A stretch of DNA of 64,000 nucleotides from Acidimicrobiia bacterium (GTDB lineage: Bacteria > Actinomycetota > Acidimicrobiia > IMCC26256 > PALSA-555), in NCBI GenBank assembly GCA_035948415.1, contig DASZJD010000111.1, forward strand, positions 17,873 through 81,872. Reading direction: 5' to 3'. Positions 1 through 8,897 of the stretch are shown piece after piece. A program made the position numbers and the translations under genes. Position 1 is the first letter of the stretch. The number at the start of each line of letters is the position of its first letter. The notes beneath the pieces were generated by a model that had not been told where the DNA came from, searched no databases, and was given only the letters and a program-made list of their open reading frames with translations.

Positions 1-10
1 CACGATCGGC

Positions 11-1177
11 GTGGTCCTCGTCGTCGCCGTCTGCGTGGGGCCGCGCTCCTCGAACGACCTGTGGTCCTACACGATGTACGGCCGGATGGTGAGCGTGTAC
101 GGGTCCAGCCCGTACCGGCACGTGCCCGCCGAGTACCGCGCCGATCCCTTCGACCACCTCGTGAGTCCGATCTGGCAGCACCGCGGCTCGGTCTACGGAC
201 CGGCGTTCGTCGGCTACGCCGCCGCGCTCACGTTCGCCGCCGGCGACTCGCGCCTCGTCGACCGGCTGCTGTTCCAGCTGGGGGCTGCACTCGCCGTCGC
301 CGGCGCGCTGCTGCTCGTCTGGCGCCGCACCCGCAGCCCGGCGGCGCTGGCCTGGCTGGGGCTGCACCCGGTCTTCGGCGCCGTCATCGTGAACAGCGGC
401 CAGATCGACGCCTTCATCGGGCTCGCCATCCTCGCCGCCGCCCTCCTCGTCGCCGAACGGCGAGGCGCCCTCGCCGGCCTGGCGATCGCGGTGGCGTCCC
501 TCGTGAAGGTCACCAGCCTGGTGGTCCTGCCGGCGGTCGTGTTCTGGGCCTGGCGGCACGGGGAGCGGCGGGTGGCGCGACGAGCCGCCGCCGTCACCGG
601 CGCCGTCGTCGCCGTGGTGTACCTCCCGTTCGTGGCCGGTCAGACCCACGTGCTGAAGGGGGCCGACCACTCCGTCACGCCGGGCTCGCCCTGGAACCTG
701 CCCGCGGAGCTGCTCGTGGGCAAGGACGCCGGGCGCGACCTGCCGGGGCTCGTCCCCTCGAACGCGACGCTGTCCACCCTCTTCTACCTGTCGCTCGCCC
801 TGGTGGGGGTCCTCGCCCTCGCCTTGGCGTGGCGCTGGGCCCGCGCCGACCGGCCGGAGCCCGCCACCGGGGCCGCGGCCGCGGCGTACGGGATCGGCGC
901 CGAGTACACGCTGCCGTGGTACGCGGCGTGGGCGCTGCCGGTCATGACGGCCCGCCGGCCGTCGCCGCTCGGGTGGCTGGTGTGGGTGCAGGCGGCCGTG
1001 CTGCTGGCGGCGTGGAAGCTGCCGACCCACCACACCGGCGGCGTCGCCGACACCGTCTTGCGCGGCACCGTCGCGTACGCGCTGCCGATCGTGCTCCTCG
1101 GCGCCTTCGTGGCCGTGCGTGACCGCGGCGCGGCGTCGGAGGCCTCGCCCGTGCGGACCGCCGCCGGCGCCCGGTAG
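11..1177 (+). CDS. Polytopic membrane protein, GT-C / DUF2029 (GT87)-like glycosyltransferase; probably 5'-truncated by the window edge
   Basis: 388-aa ORF. The frame stays open back to nt 2, so the true N-terminus is probably upstream of the window. It has many hydrophobic helices and a strong GC3 bias. The family assignment is by eye only. Confidence 0.55.
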   Translation: MVLVVAVCVGPRSSNDLWSYTMYGRMVSVYGSSPYRHVPAEYRADPFDHLVSPIWQHRGSVYGPAFVGYAAALTFAAGDSRLVDRLLFQLGAALAVAGALLLVWRRTRSPAALAWLGLHPVFGAVIVNSGQIDAFIGLAILAAALLVAERRGALAGLAIAVASLVKVTSLVVLPAVVFWAWRHGERRVARRAAAVTGAVVAVVYLPFVAGQTHVLKGADHSVTPGSPWNLPAELLVGKDAGRDLPGLVPSNATLSTLFYLSLALVGVLALALAWRWARADRPEPATGAAAAAYGIGAEYTLPWYAAWALPVMTARRPSPLGWLVWVQAAVLLAAWKLPTHHTGGVADTVLRGTVAYALPIVLLGAFVAVRDRGAASEASPVRTAAGAR

Positions 1178-1539
1178 TCGCCGGCGCGGCCCCCCGAGGG
1201 ACGGCTCGCGGAGCACCCGGCCCGGGGGGTCTGTGCGGGCAGCTGCCGGCCGGGGCACACGAGCCGCCCCGACCCGACGCGTGCTCTGGAACCGCGCGCC
1301 GAGCCTCGGGAGGCCGCTGCCCGCGTACCGTAGGCATCGGCACATCAGCCCGACGTAAAGAGCCGGCGAGGGCTCGATCATCCGGTCCCCGGCCCCGTCG
1401 ACCGCGCCACTCGCAGCGGCCGGACGCCGTCCGAGCGCGGTCGCGCCGTCGGCCTCGGGGCGCCGTCGGGCCCGGAGGGCCCGCCCAGGGGGTGCCGCGC
1501 GATCCTGGCGGCGACGGGACACGAGGAGGAGGACACAAC

Positions 1540-2475
1540 GTGGAGCCACGACGCATCGGCGACCTCGAGGTCTCGCCGGCCGGGCTGGGGTGCAACAACT
1601 TCGGCGGCCGCATCGACGAGGCCGCGTCCCGGGCCGTCGTCGCCGCCGCACTCGATGCCGGCGTCAACTTCTTCGACACCGCCGACCTCTACGGCGGCGG
1701 CCGGTCCGAGGAGTTCCTCGGCCGCGCCCTCGGCTCGGCCCGCGCCGACGTCGTCGTGGCCACGAAGTTCGGCATGCGCCGGCCTCCCGAGGGGCTGACC
1801 GGCGGCGACCCGGAGTGGGTCGCCCGCGCCGCCGAGGAGAGCCTCGGCCGGCTCGGCGTGGACCACATCGACCTGTACTGGCTCCACCAGCCGGACCCGA
1901 GCACGCCGATCGGCGACACCCTCGAGGCGCTCGACCGGCTCGTGGCCGCCGGCACCGTGCGCGAGATCGGGTGTTCAAACTTCTCGGCCGACCAGCTCGA
2001 CGAGGCCGCGACCGCGGCGGCCGCGCTCGGCGTGCGGCCCTTCGTGAGCGTCCAGAACGAGTACAGCCTCGTGCACCGCGAGCCGGAGGCGGCGGTGCTG
2101 CCGGCGTGCCGACGGCTCGGCCTCAGCTTCGTGCCGTACTTCCCGCTCGCCAGCGGGCTCCTCACGGGGAAGTACGCCCGCGGCGAGGCGCCGCCCGCCG
2201 GCACCCGGCTGGCGCAGTGGCCGGCGGACCGGGTACAGCGGATCCTGAGCGACGATCGGCTCGCCGCCGTCGAGCGCCTCGAGGGCTTCGCGGCCGACCA
2301 CGGGCACACCCTCCACGAGCTCGCGCTCTCGTGGCTGGCCGGCAACCCGCTGGTGCCGAGCGTCATCGCCGGCGCCACCACGCCGGAGCAGGCCCGGGCC
2401 AACGCGGCGGCCGCGACGGCGTGGGCCCTCACCCCCGGCGAGCAGGCCGAGCTCGACGCCGTCCTCGGCCCCTGA
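1540..2475 (+). CDS. Aldo/keto reductase family oxidoreductase
   Basis: ORF 1492..2475 trimmed to GTG 1540, which is preceded by GGAGGAGGA (1524-1532). The N-terminus VEPRRIGDLEVSPAGLGCNNFG...FFDTADLYGGGRSEEFLG is typical of AKR proteins. Confidence 0.9.
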   Translation: MEPRRIGDLEVSPAGLGCNNFGGRIDEAASRAVVAAALDAGVNFFDTADLYGGGRSEEFLGRALGSARADVVVATKFGMRRPPEGLTGGDPEWVARAAEESLGRLGVDHIDLYWLHQPDPSTPIGDTLEALDRLVAAGTVREIGCSNFSADQLDEAATAAAALGVRPFVSVQNEYSLVHREPEAAVLPACRRLGLSFVPYFPLASGLLTGKYARGEAPPAGTRLAQWPADRVQRILSDDRLAAVERLEGFAADHGHTLHELALSWLAGNPLVPSVIAGATTPEQARANAAAATAWALTPGEQAELDAVLGP

Positions 2476-2542
2476 CGCCGGCGGCGTCTCCGGGCGCGAC
2501 GGTCCACCGCGCCGGCGGAGATCGTCGGTAGGTTCGACGGCT

Positions 2543-3127
2543 GTGACGGCCATCCGGGTCGGGAAGCGGTTCTTCGTGGCGGCGAACTGGGCGACCGAGC
2601 TCCACGCCGCCGCGGGCGGGTCCCGCTCGCCGTCGGTGGCGCAGGTCCTCGGCGTGGCGTCGCTCGTGCTCGGCGACGGCGGCACCCACCGCGAGGCGAT
2701 CGCCGGGATGATCGTGGACGGCGCTCGCGGCGCCGACGTCGACCGGCGCGTCCTGCGGGCCCGCATCGGCAAGAAGGGGGCGCGGCTCGTGGCCGCCTGC
2801 GCCGACGTCCTCCTCGACGCGACGCGGCTCGACGAGGAGCGGGACCCGTCGGTGCTCCGCGTCTGCGCGGCGGTGACGATCCGCGACGTGCAGGAGCTGG
2901 TCCGCGACATCCGCCGGCACGGGAGCGTCGCCTTCGCCCGCCACGCCGACCCGCCGCCGAAGGTGCTCGAGCGCTACCGCCACCTGGTGGCGGTGTTCCG
3001 GCGGGGCCTGAGCCGGGACAGCCGGCTGACGCCCGAGCTGCGGGCCTCGGTCGCCGAGCTCGAGCGCAACGCCGAGCTCGAGACCGCGATCGCGGCCTGG
3101 CGGGTCGCGCACGTCGACGCCGCGTGA
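2543..3127 (+). CDS. Hypothetical protein (194 aa)
   Basis: Clean ORF with a high GC3 bias and non-shadow amino-acid composition. No family recognised. Confidence 0.6.
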   Translation: MTAIRVGKRFFVAANWATELHAAAGGSRSPSVAQVLGVASLVLGDGGTHREAIAGMIVDGARGADVDRRVLRARIGKKGARLVAACADVLLDATRLDEERDPSVLRVCAAVTIRDVQELVRDIRRHGSVAFARHADPPPKVLERYRHLVAVFRRGLSRDSRLTPELRASVAELERNAELETAIAAWRVAHVDAA

Positions 3128-3134
3128 GCCGGCG

Positions 3135-3719
3135 TCAGGGCCCGAGCGCGGGCGGTCCCTCCCGGTAGCGGGCCAGCCGGGCCCCGAGGTCGGCGGCCTC
3201 GATGGCCTCGGCCGCCCGTCCCACCCAGTCACCGGCACGCTCCCCCGCGAGGGGCCGGGTCAGCCACAGGCCCGCGATGCGCACGAGGGCCGGCGCCTGG
3301 GCGTCCTCGAGCGTCCGGCCGCCCCCGGGCCAGGCGTAGGCGTTGACGGTGACGCGCTGGACGAAGCGGGGCTCGACGGGGTGGCCGTCCGCTCGGAGCC
3401 GGTTCACCACCAGCGACCCGAGGGCGTGGAGCTCCCGGGTCCCGACCGCCAACGACGATGCCAGCGGCGGGACCGCGGCGAGCAGGGCCTTCACCGAGAA
3501 CGACACCCGCGAGCCGAGGCTCACCACCCGGGTTGACCACCGGCCCGCCACCCGGGCCACCGCCGGCACCACGAGGGTGGTGAGCCCGGCGGGCACGGGC
3601 GCCCGGGCCGCGGCGCGCACGTCGGCGGCGGTCTGCACCGGCAGCGGGTCCTCGACCGCCCGCCGCACCGCGGCGTCGAGGACCGCCTCCACGACGCCGT
3701 GCAGGCTGTCGGCCCGCAC
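3135..3719 (-). CDS. Hypothetical protein (194 aa)
   Basis: ORF with high GC3, convergent with 2543..3127. No family recognised. Confidence 0.6.
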   Translation of the reverse strand: MRADSLHGVVEAVLDAAVRRAVEDPLPVQTAADVRAAARAPVPAGLTTLVVPAVARVAGRWSTRVVSLGSRVSFSVKALLAAVPPLASSLAVGTRELHALGSLVVNRLRADGHPVEPRFVQRVTVNAYAWPGGGRTLEDAQAPALVRIAGLWLTRPLAGERAGDWVGRAAEAIEAADLGARLARYREGPPALGP

Positions 3720-3884
3720 CGCGGGGGCGCGGCGCGCCGGCCCGGCGGCGGCCGGGGCCGGATCGTCCTGCGGCTCGTCGGCGGTGGCGATGACCCCAAG
3801 GTACGGCCCGTCGTGGCCGGTTTCTCACCCAGCGTTCACGCCGCCTTCATCCGCAACCCCGAGGATCCGGGGAAGGACCAAGGG

Positions 3885-4250
3885 ATGGACGACAGCACCA
3901 CCGCCGAGCCGACCCCGCGGGCGTCCCTCGTGCCCGCGCTCCTCGGCGCGCAGGCCGCCCTCCTCGCCGCGTTCGGCGTCGCCTGCCTCGCCGCCGGCGC
4001 CCTCGGTCTCGGGCTCGCGTGCGTCCTCGCCGCCGTGGTGGCCGCCGGGCTCGCCAGCTCGATCCACGAGGGGATGCCGGCGGTGACGAGCACCGTCCTC
4101 GGCTTCGAGGGCGCGGTGGTCGCGACCGCGCTCGTCACGGTGTCGGCCGGCGCCGCGCTCGGCGCCGCCGCCGCCACCGGCGCCGCGCTGGGCTGGGCCC
4201 GCCGCCGCGAGGCCTCCGCTCAGATGCGTCGGCCCGTGCCCTCCCAGTAG
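3885..4250 (+). CDS. Small Ala/Leu/Gly-rich integral membrane protein (121 aa)
   Basis: Internal ATG of ORF 3699..4250, preceded by GGAAGGA. It has 3-4 hydrophobic helices and high GC3. Its 3' end overlaps the convergent ligase gene by 31 nt. Confidence 0.5.
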   Translation: MDDSTTAEPTPRASLVPALLGAQAALLAAFGVACLAAGALGLGLACVLAAVVAAGLASSIHEGMPAVTSTVLGFEGAVVATALVTVSAGAALGAAAATGAALGWARRREASAQMRRPVPSQ

Positions 4251-5758
4251 CGGTCGCGCAGGAGCCGCTTGTAGAGCTTGCCGGTCGGGTGTCGGGGCAG
4301 CGCGGCCTCGAAGTCGATCGAGCGGGGGACCTTGTACCCGGCGAGGTGCGCTCGGCACGACGCCAGCAGCTCGGCCGCCAGCTCGTCGGAGGGCTCCACC
4401 CCGTCCTCGAGCTCGACGGCCGCCTTCACCTCCTCTCCGTACTCGTCGTGCGGGATCCCGAACACAGCCGCGTCCCGCACCGCCGGATGCGCCTGCAGCA
4501 CCCCTTCCACCTCGGCCGGGTAGATGTTCACGCCCCCGGCGATGATGAGGTCGACGCGCCGGTCCGAGAGGTGGAGATAGCCCTCCTCGTCGAGGTAGCC
4601 GACGTCCCCGAGCGTGAACACGCCGGGCTCGTGGTGCGCGGCAGCGGTCTTGGCCGGGTCGCGGTGGTACTCGAAGTCCATCCCGAGCCGGTTGCGGACG
4701 TAGAGCGTGCCGACCTCGCCGACCGTGCACTCGGTCCCGTCGTCGTGGAGCACCATCACGTCCACGAGCGGCCACGGCTTCCCGACGCTGGTCGGGTGGG
4801 CGAGCCACTCCTCGGCGGTGATGGTGGCGAGCATCGCCCCCTCGGTGCCGCCGTAGTACTCGACCAGCTTCGGGCCCCACCAGTCGATCATCTGGCGCTT
4901 CACGTCGGGCGGGCACGGCGCCGCGCCGTGGTACACGACCTGGAGGCTCGCGCCCGAGAACCGGGCCCGGACGTCGTCGGGGAGGCGCAGCAGCCGCCGC
5001 AGCTGCGTCGGCACGAAGTGCACGTTCGTCACCCGGTGGCGGTCGATGAGCCCCAGCGTCTCGGCGGCGTCGAAGCGGCGGCGCATCACGACCGTGCCCC
5101 CGGCGAGCAGCGGGAACAGGGCGAACGCCCACTGCGCCGAGTGGTACGCGGGGCCGCAGAGCAGCGTCACGCCGTCCGTGGGCAGCCCGAGGTTCTCGAC
5201 CGCGCCGGCGGTGATGAGCTGCCAGGTCGACGCCGGCAGGCCGGCGCTGGTGAACGCGTTGCGGACGCCCTTCGGCCGTCCGGTCGTGCCCGACGTGTAG
5301 AACATCGGCCCCGCCAGGACCTGGTCCGCCGGCTCGTCCCCGGGCTGCGCCGCCAGCAGCTCGGCGTACTCGTCCCCGCCGAGCCTGACCATCGCCACGG
5401 CGCCCCCGGCGCGCTCGACCGCGTCGGCGCCCACCGGAGCGAGGTCCTCGTCGACGAGCAGCGCCCGGGCCCCCGAGTCCTCGAGCACGTAGGCGATCTC
5501 CTCGGCCAGCCAGTGCCAGTTCAGCGGCACGACCACCAGACCGGCGTGCATCGCCGCGCCGAGCACCTCGAAGAGCTCGACGCGGTTGTGGCTCAGCACG
5601 GCCACGGTGTCCCCGGCCCCGAGGCCGAGACCGCGCAGCGCGTGGATGAGCCGGTTGACGTGGTCGTCGAACCCAGCCCAGGTGCGGCTGGTCCGCTCGT
5701 CGATCAGCGCGGCCGTGTCGGCCTTGCGGGCCGCGATCGACGAGAAGCTCTCGGCCAT
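4220..5758 (-). CDS. AMP-dependent acyl-CoA synthetase/ligase (FadD-like)
   Basis: 512 aa. Carries the AMP-binding signature FYTSGTTGRPKGV and later adenylate-forming motifs (YGGTEG, GDVGYLDEEGYLHLSDR, PTGKLYKR). Confidence 0.92.
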   Translation of the reverse strand: MAESFSSIAARKADTAALIDERTSRTWAGFDDHVNRLIHALRGLGLGAGDTVAVLSHNRVELFEVLGAAMHAGLVVVPLNWHWLAEEIAYVLEDSGARALLVDEDLAPVGADAVERAGGAVAMVRLGGDEYAELLAAQPGDEPADQVLAGPMFYTSGTTGRPKGVRNAFTSAGLPASTWQLITAGAVENLGLPTDGVTLLCGPAYHSAQWAFALFPLLAGGTVVMRRRFDAAETLGLIDRHRVTNVHFVPTQLRRLLRLPDDVRARFSGASLQVVYHGAAPCPPDVKRQMIDWWGPKLVEYYGGTEGAMLATITAEEWLAHPTSVGKPWPLVDVMVLHDDGTECTVGEVGTLYVRNRLGMDFEYHRDPAKTAAAHHEPGVFTLGDVGYLDEEGYLHLSDRRVDLIIAGGVNIYPAEVEGVLQAHPAVRDAAVFGIPHDEYGEEVKAAVELEDGVEPSDELAAELLASCRAHLAGYKVPRSIDFEAALPRHPTGKLYKRLLRDRYWEGTGRRI

Positions 5759-5797
5759 GACATGTCAGCCTCGCGCGGGACCGTCATCACCCGCATC

Positions 5798-5803
5798 TAC
5801 ACT
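5798..5803 (+). promoter_or_regulatory. -10-like hexamer TACACT, 8 nt upstream of the GTG start at 5812 (putative leaderless promoter)
   Basis: Matches the actinobacterial TANNNT form. There is no SD-like motif between it and the start codon. The divergent intergenic region is only 53 nt. Confidence 0.35.
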
Positions 5804-5811
5804 GCCGCCCC

Positions 5812-7401
5812 GTGCCGGGCTGGAGCTTCGCCGCGGTGTGGCAGTCGATCGCGGTGGAGGTTCCCGAGCGTGACGCGGTCGTGTGCGGCCCGCGCCGCCG
5901 GTCGTGGGGGGCCTTCGACGATCGGGCGTCGAGGCTGGCCACGCACTGGCACCGGGCCGGGCTGCGGCCGGGCGACGCGGTCGCCATCGACCTGCTGAAC
6001 CGGCCCGAGTACCTCGAGACGTTCTTCGCGGCGCTGAAGCTCGGCTGCATGCCGGTCAACGTGAACTACCGCTACCTCGCCGACGAGGTGCACTACGTCC
6101 TCGCCGACTCGCAGGCCCGGGCGTGCGTGCACGAACCCACCCTGGCCGCGGTCGTGCACGACGCCGCCGGGCGTCAGCCGGACGGTGAGCGGCCGCTGCT
6201 CCTCGAGGTCGGCGATCCGTACGAGGCCGCGCTCGACGCCGCCTCGCCGCGGGGCGAGTGGGAGGCGCGCCCGCCGGACGGTGACGACGTGATCCTGCTC
6301 TACACCGGTGGCACCACCGGCCGGCCGAAGGGGGTGCGGTGGCGCAACGACGACCTCTACGTCGCGCTGTGGGAGATCGGGCGACCGGGCACGGAGCCCC
6401 CGGACCCGGCCGCGGCGGCGCGGGCGGGCAAGCGCGCCGGGACCGCGCTGCCGGCCTGCCCGCTCATGCACGGGACCGGGCTCTTCATCGCCATGTCGAC
6501 GCTGGCCGGTGGGGGGACGGTGGTGCTCGTCGACGAGCCCGGCCTCGACGCGGCGCGGGTCTGGCGCGAGGTGGAGCGCGTCGGCGTCGCCGTCCTCACC
6601 TTCGTCGGGGACGTGTTCGCCCGGCCGCTGCTCGCCGCGCTCGACGCCGAGCCGGGCCGGTACGACCTCACGAGCCTCCGGGCGATCACCTCCTCGGGCG
6701 TCACGTGGAGCCCGGACACGAAGGCCGGGCTGCTCCGCCACCTGCCCTCCGTCACCCTCATCGACTCGCTCGGCGCCACGGAGGGCCTGATGAGCCGGAC
6801 CGCCGCCACCGCCGGGTCCGAGCTGGGGCCGCCCCGGTTCGCGGTCGACGACCGGGTCTGCGTGCTCGACGAGGCGACCGGCCGACCGGTGGCACCCGGC
6901 CGCGCGGCGATCGGGCTCCTCGCCGTGCGCGGGCGGCTGCCGCTCGGCTACCACCGCGACGCCGAGAAGACGGCCGAGACGTTCCGGGTCGTCGACGGCG
7001 TCCGCTACTCGATCCCGGGTGATCACGCGACCGTCGACGCTGACGGGACGGTCCGCCTGCTCGGCCGGGGCTCGGCGTGCATCAACACCGGCGGCGAGAA
7101 GGTCTACCCGGAGGAGGTCGAGCTGGTGCTCCGCGCGCACCCGGGGGTGCTCGACGGCGTCGTCGTCGGTGTCCCCGACGAGCGCTACGGCGAGATGGTC
7201 GTCGCCCTCGTCGTGGCCCGCGACGGCGACCACCTCGACGAGCCGGAGCTCTCGGCGTGGTGCCGAGCGCGCATCGCTGGGTACAAGCGGCCGAAGCGGT
7301 TCTTCGTCGTCGATTCGCTCGAGCGGTCCGCCGCCGGGAAGGCGAACTACCCGCGGCTGCGCCAGCAGGCGACCGAGCTCGCCGGCGGGTCGCGCCGCTA
7401 G
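5812..7401 (+). CDS. Acyl-CoA synthetase (AMP-forming), paralogue of 49369..50997
   Basis: 529 aa. Motifs: LLYTGGTTGRPKGVRWRNDDL, VNVNYRYLADEVHYVL, GGEKVYPEEVE and a C-terminal AGKANY. These motifs are shared with the ORF at 49369. Confidence 0.92.
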   Translation: MPGWSFAAVWQSIAVEVPERDAVVCGPRRRSWGAFDDRASRLATHWHRAGLRPGDAVAIDLLNRPEYLETFFAALKLGCMPVNVNYRYLADEVHYVLADSQARACVHEPTLAAVVHDAAGRQPDGERPLLLEVGDPYEAALDAASPRGEWEARPPDGDDVILLYTGGTTGRPKGVRWRNDDLYVALWEIGRPGTEPPDPAAAARAGKRAGTALPACPLMHGTGLFIAMSTLAGGGTVVLVDEPGLDAARVWREVERVGVAVLTFVGDVFARPLLAALDAEPGRYDLTSLRAITSSGVTWSPDTKAGLLRHLPSVTLIDSLGATEGLMSRTAATAGSELGPPRFAVDDRVCVLDEATGRPVAPGRAAIGLLAVRGRLPLGYHRDAEKTAETFRVVDGVRYSIPGDHATVDADGTVRLLGRGSACINTGGEKVYPEEVELVLRAHPGVLDGVVVGVPDERYGEMVVALVVARDGDHLDEPELSAWCRARIAGYKRPKRFFVVDSLERSAAGKANYPRLRQQATELAGGSRR

Positions 7402-8897
7402 CGCCCGGCCGGGACCGGGGCGACCCGGTTCCGTCCCCCGCGCTTGGCGTCGTAGAGCGCGGCGTCCGCTGCGGCGACGAGCGCCGGGCCGTCGGCGGCG
7501 TCGTCGGGGATCGTCGCCGCGCCGGCGCTCACGGTCACCGGCGTCGGCACCGCGGCCAGGCCCGCGACCCGGCGCAGCCGCTCGGCCACCGCGAGCGCGT
7601 CGGCGGCCGCGCAGCCCGGCAACAGGACGAGGAACTCGTCGCCCCCGTACCGTGACGGCAGGTCGAAGGCCTTCGTGCTGGCACGCAGCGCGTCGCCGAC
7701 GGCGCGGAGCACGGCGTCCCCGGCCGGGTGCCCCAGCTCGTCGTTGATCGCCTTGAAGTGGTCGACGTCGAGCGCCACGACGGTGAGCGGCGCCCCCGTG
7801 CGCTGGTAGCGCCCCACCTCGAGGGTGAGCGTCTCCTCGAAGAGGCGCCGGTTGGCGAGCCCGGTCAGCTCGTCGCGGGTGGCCAGGTGCTCGACCTCGT
7901 CGAGGAGTCGAGCGTTCCGCAGCGTCAGCGCCGCGTGCGACACGGACTGCAGCAGCGACGACACGGTCAGGCTGGGGATGCGCGCGTGCGCACCATGGGC
8001 CCACTCGGCCGCGACGAGACCGAGCGGCTCCTCGTCGCCGGTCAGCGCGGCCACGACGACGTTGCGGGCTCCCGGGAGCTGCTCGGCGAGGAGCCCGCCC
8101 TCGAGCACGCGCACGAGGCGCGGCGCCTCGTCGGCGAGGACGGCGCTCCCGACGCGCCCGAGCGGGCCCCCGTGGGTGCCGGCGTCGAGCGCGTCGCCGG
8201 CGGTGATCCATCCGCCGTCGCCGTGCACGACCACGAGGATCCGCGCGAAACCGAGGCGCTGGCGCAGGTGCGACACGAGCACGGCGACGACGTCGTTGGG
8301 GCGTCGAACCCGCTCGAGCGCGCCGCCGAGGTCGACCAGCGCCGCCAGCTCGGAGCCGGCGTGGCGGAGCGCCCGCTCGTTCACGGCCTGGAACGCGGCC
8401 GCGCCCACGGCGAACAGGAGGAAGGCCGCCGCGCTGAGCGCGGCGGTGCGGTCGCTGCCGGTGGTGCGGAGGTGCAGCACCCCCGCCGAGGACGCGGCGC
8501 GGCCGAGGAACAGCAGCAGCGCGCACCAGACCGCGAACTTCAGCCCCGTCCGCGGCGAGGCGAGCAGCGTGACCGCGACGACCTCGAGGAAGGCGAGGAA
8601 GAGCAGCGGGCTCGTCGTTCCGCCGGTGAGGAGGACGGCGGCGGCGAGGAAGGCGCCGTCCACGAGGACCATCGCCGAGAGGAGCGGCGAACCGAGCCGA
8701 GGGACCCGTCGGCGCGCGAGCTCGGCCGCGCCGACCACGGTCAAGTACGCGAGGGGCAGGGCCAGCGGCGCGCCCAACGTCCCGACGAGGGCCGGCAGCG
8801 CGGCGACGGCCACCCCAAGTCCCACCCGCACCAGCTGGAGCACCGCCAGCCGGTCGTGGACCGGCAGATGGGCGTCGCCCAGCGCGAGCGCGCTCAT
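7398..8897 (-). CDS. Membrane-bound diguanylate cyclase (about 5 TM, GAF-like, GGDEF)
   Basis: 499 aa. The N-terminus is hydrophobic. The C-terminal GGDEF domain shows LTGLANRRLF, DVDHFKAINDELGHPAGD and SRYGGDEFLVLLPG. Its ATG overlaps the upstream gene's TGA (ATGA at 8894-8897). Its stop overlaps the convergent gene's stop (CTAG at 7398-7401). Confidence 0.9.
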   Translation of the reverse strand: MSALALGDAHLPVHDRLAVLQLVRVGLGVAVAALPALVGTLGAPLALPLAYLTVVGAAELARRRVPRLGSPLLSAMVLVDGAFLAAAVLLTGGTTSPLLFLAFLEVVAVTLLASPRTGLKFAVWCALLLFLGRAASSAGVLHLRTTGSDRTAALSAAAFLLFAVGAAAFQAVNERALRHAGSELAALVDLGGALERVRRPNDVVAVLVSHLRQRLGFARILVVVHGDGGWITAGDALDAGTHGGPLGRVGSAVLADEAPRLVRVLEGGLLAEQLPGARNVVVAALTGDEEPLGLVAAEWAHGAHARIPSLTVSSLLQSVSHAALTLRNARLLDEVEHLATRDELTGLANRRLFEETLTLEVGRYQRTGAPLTVVALDVDHFKAINDELGHPAGDAVLRAVGDALRASTKAFDLPSRYGGDEFLVLLPGCAAADALAVAERLRRVAGLAAVPTPVTVSAGAATIPDDAADGPALVAAADAALYDAKRGGRNRVAPVPAGR

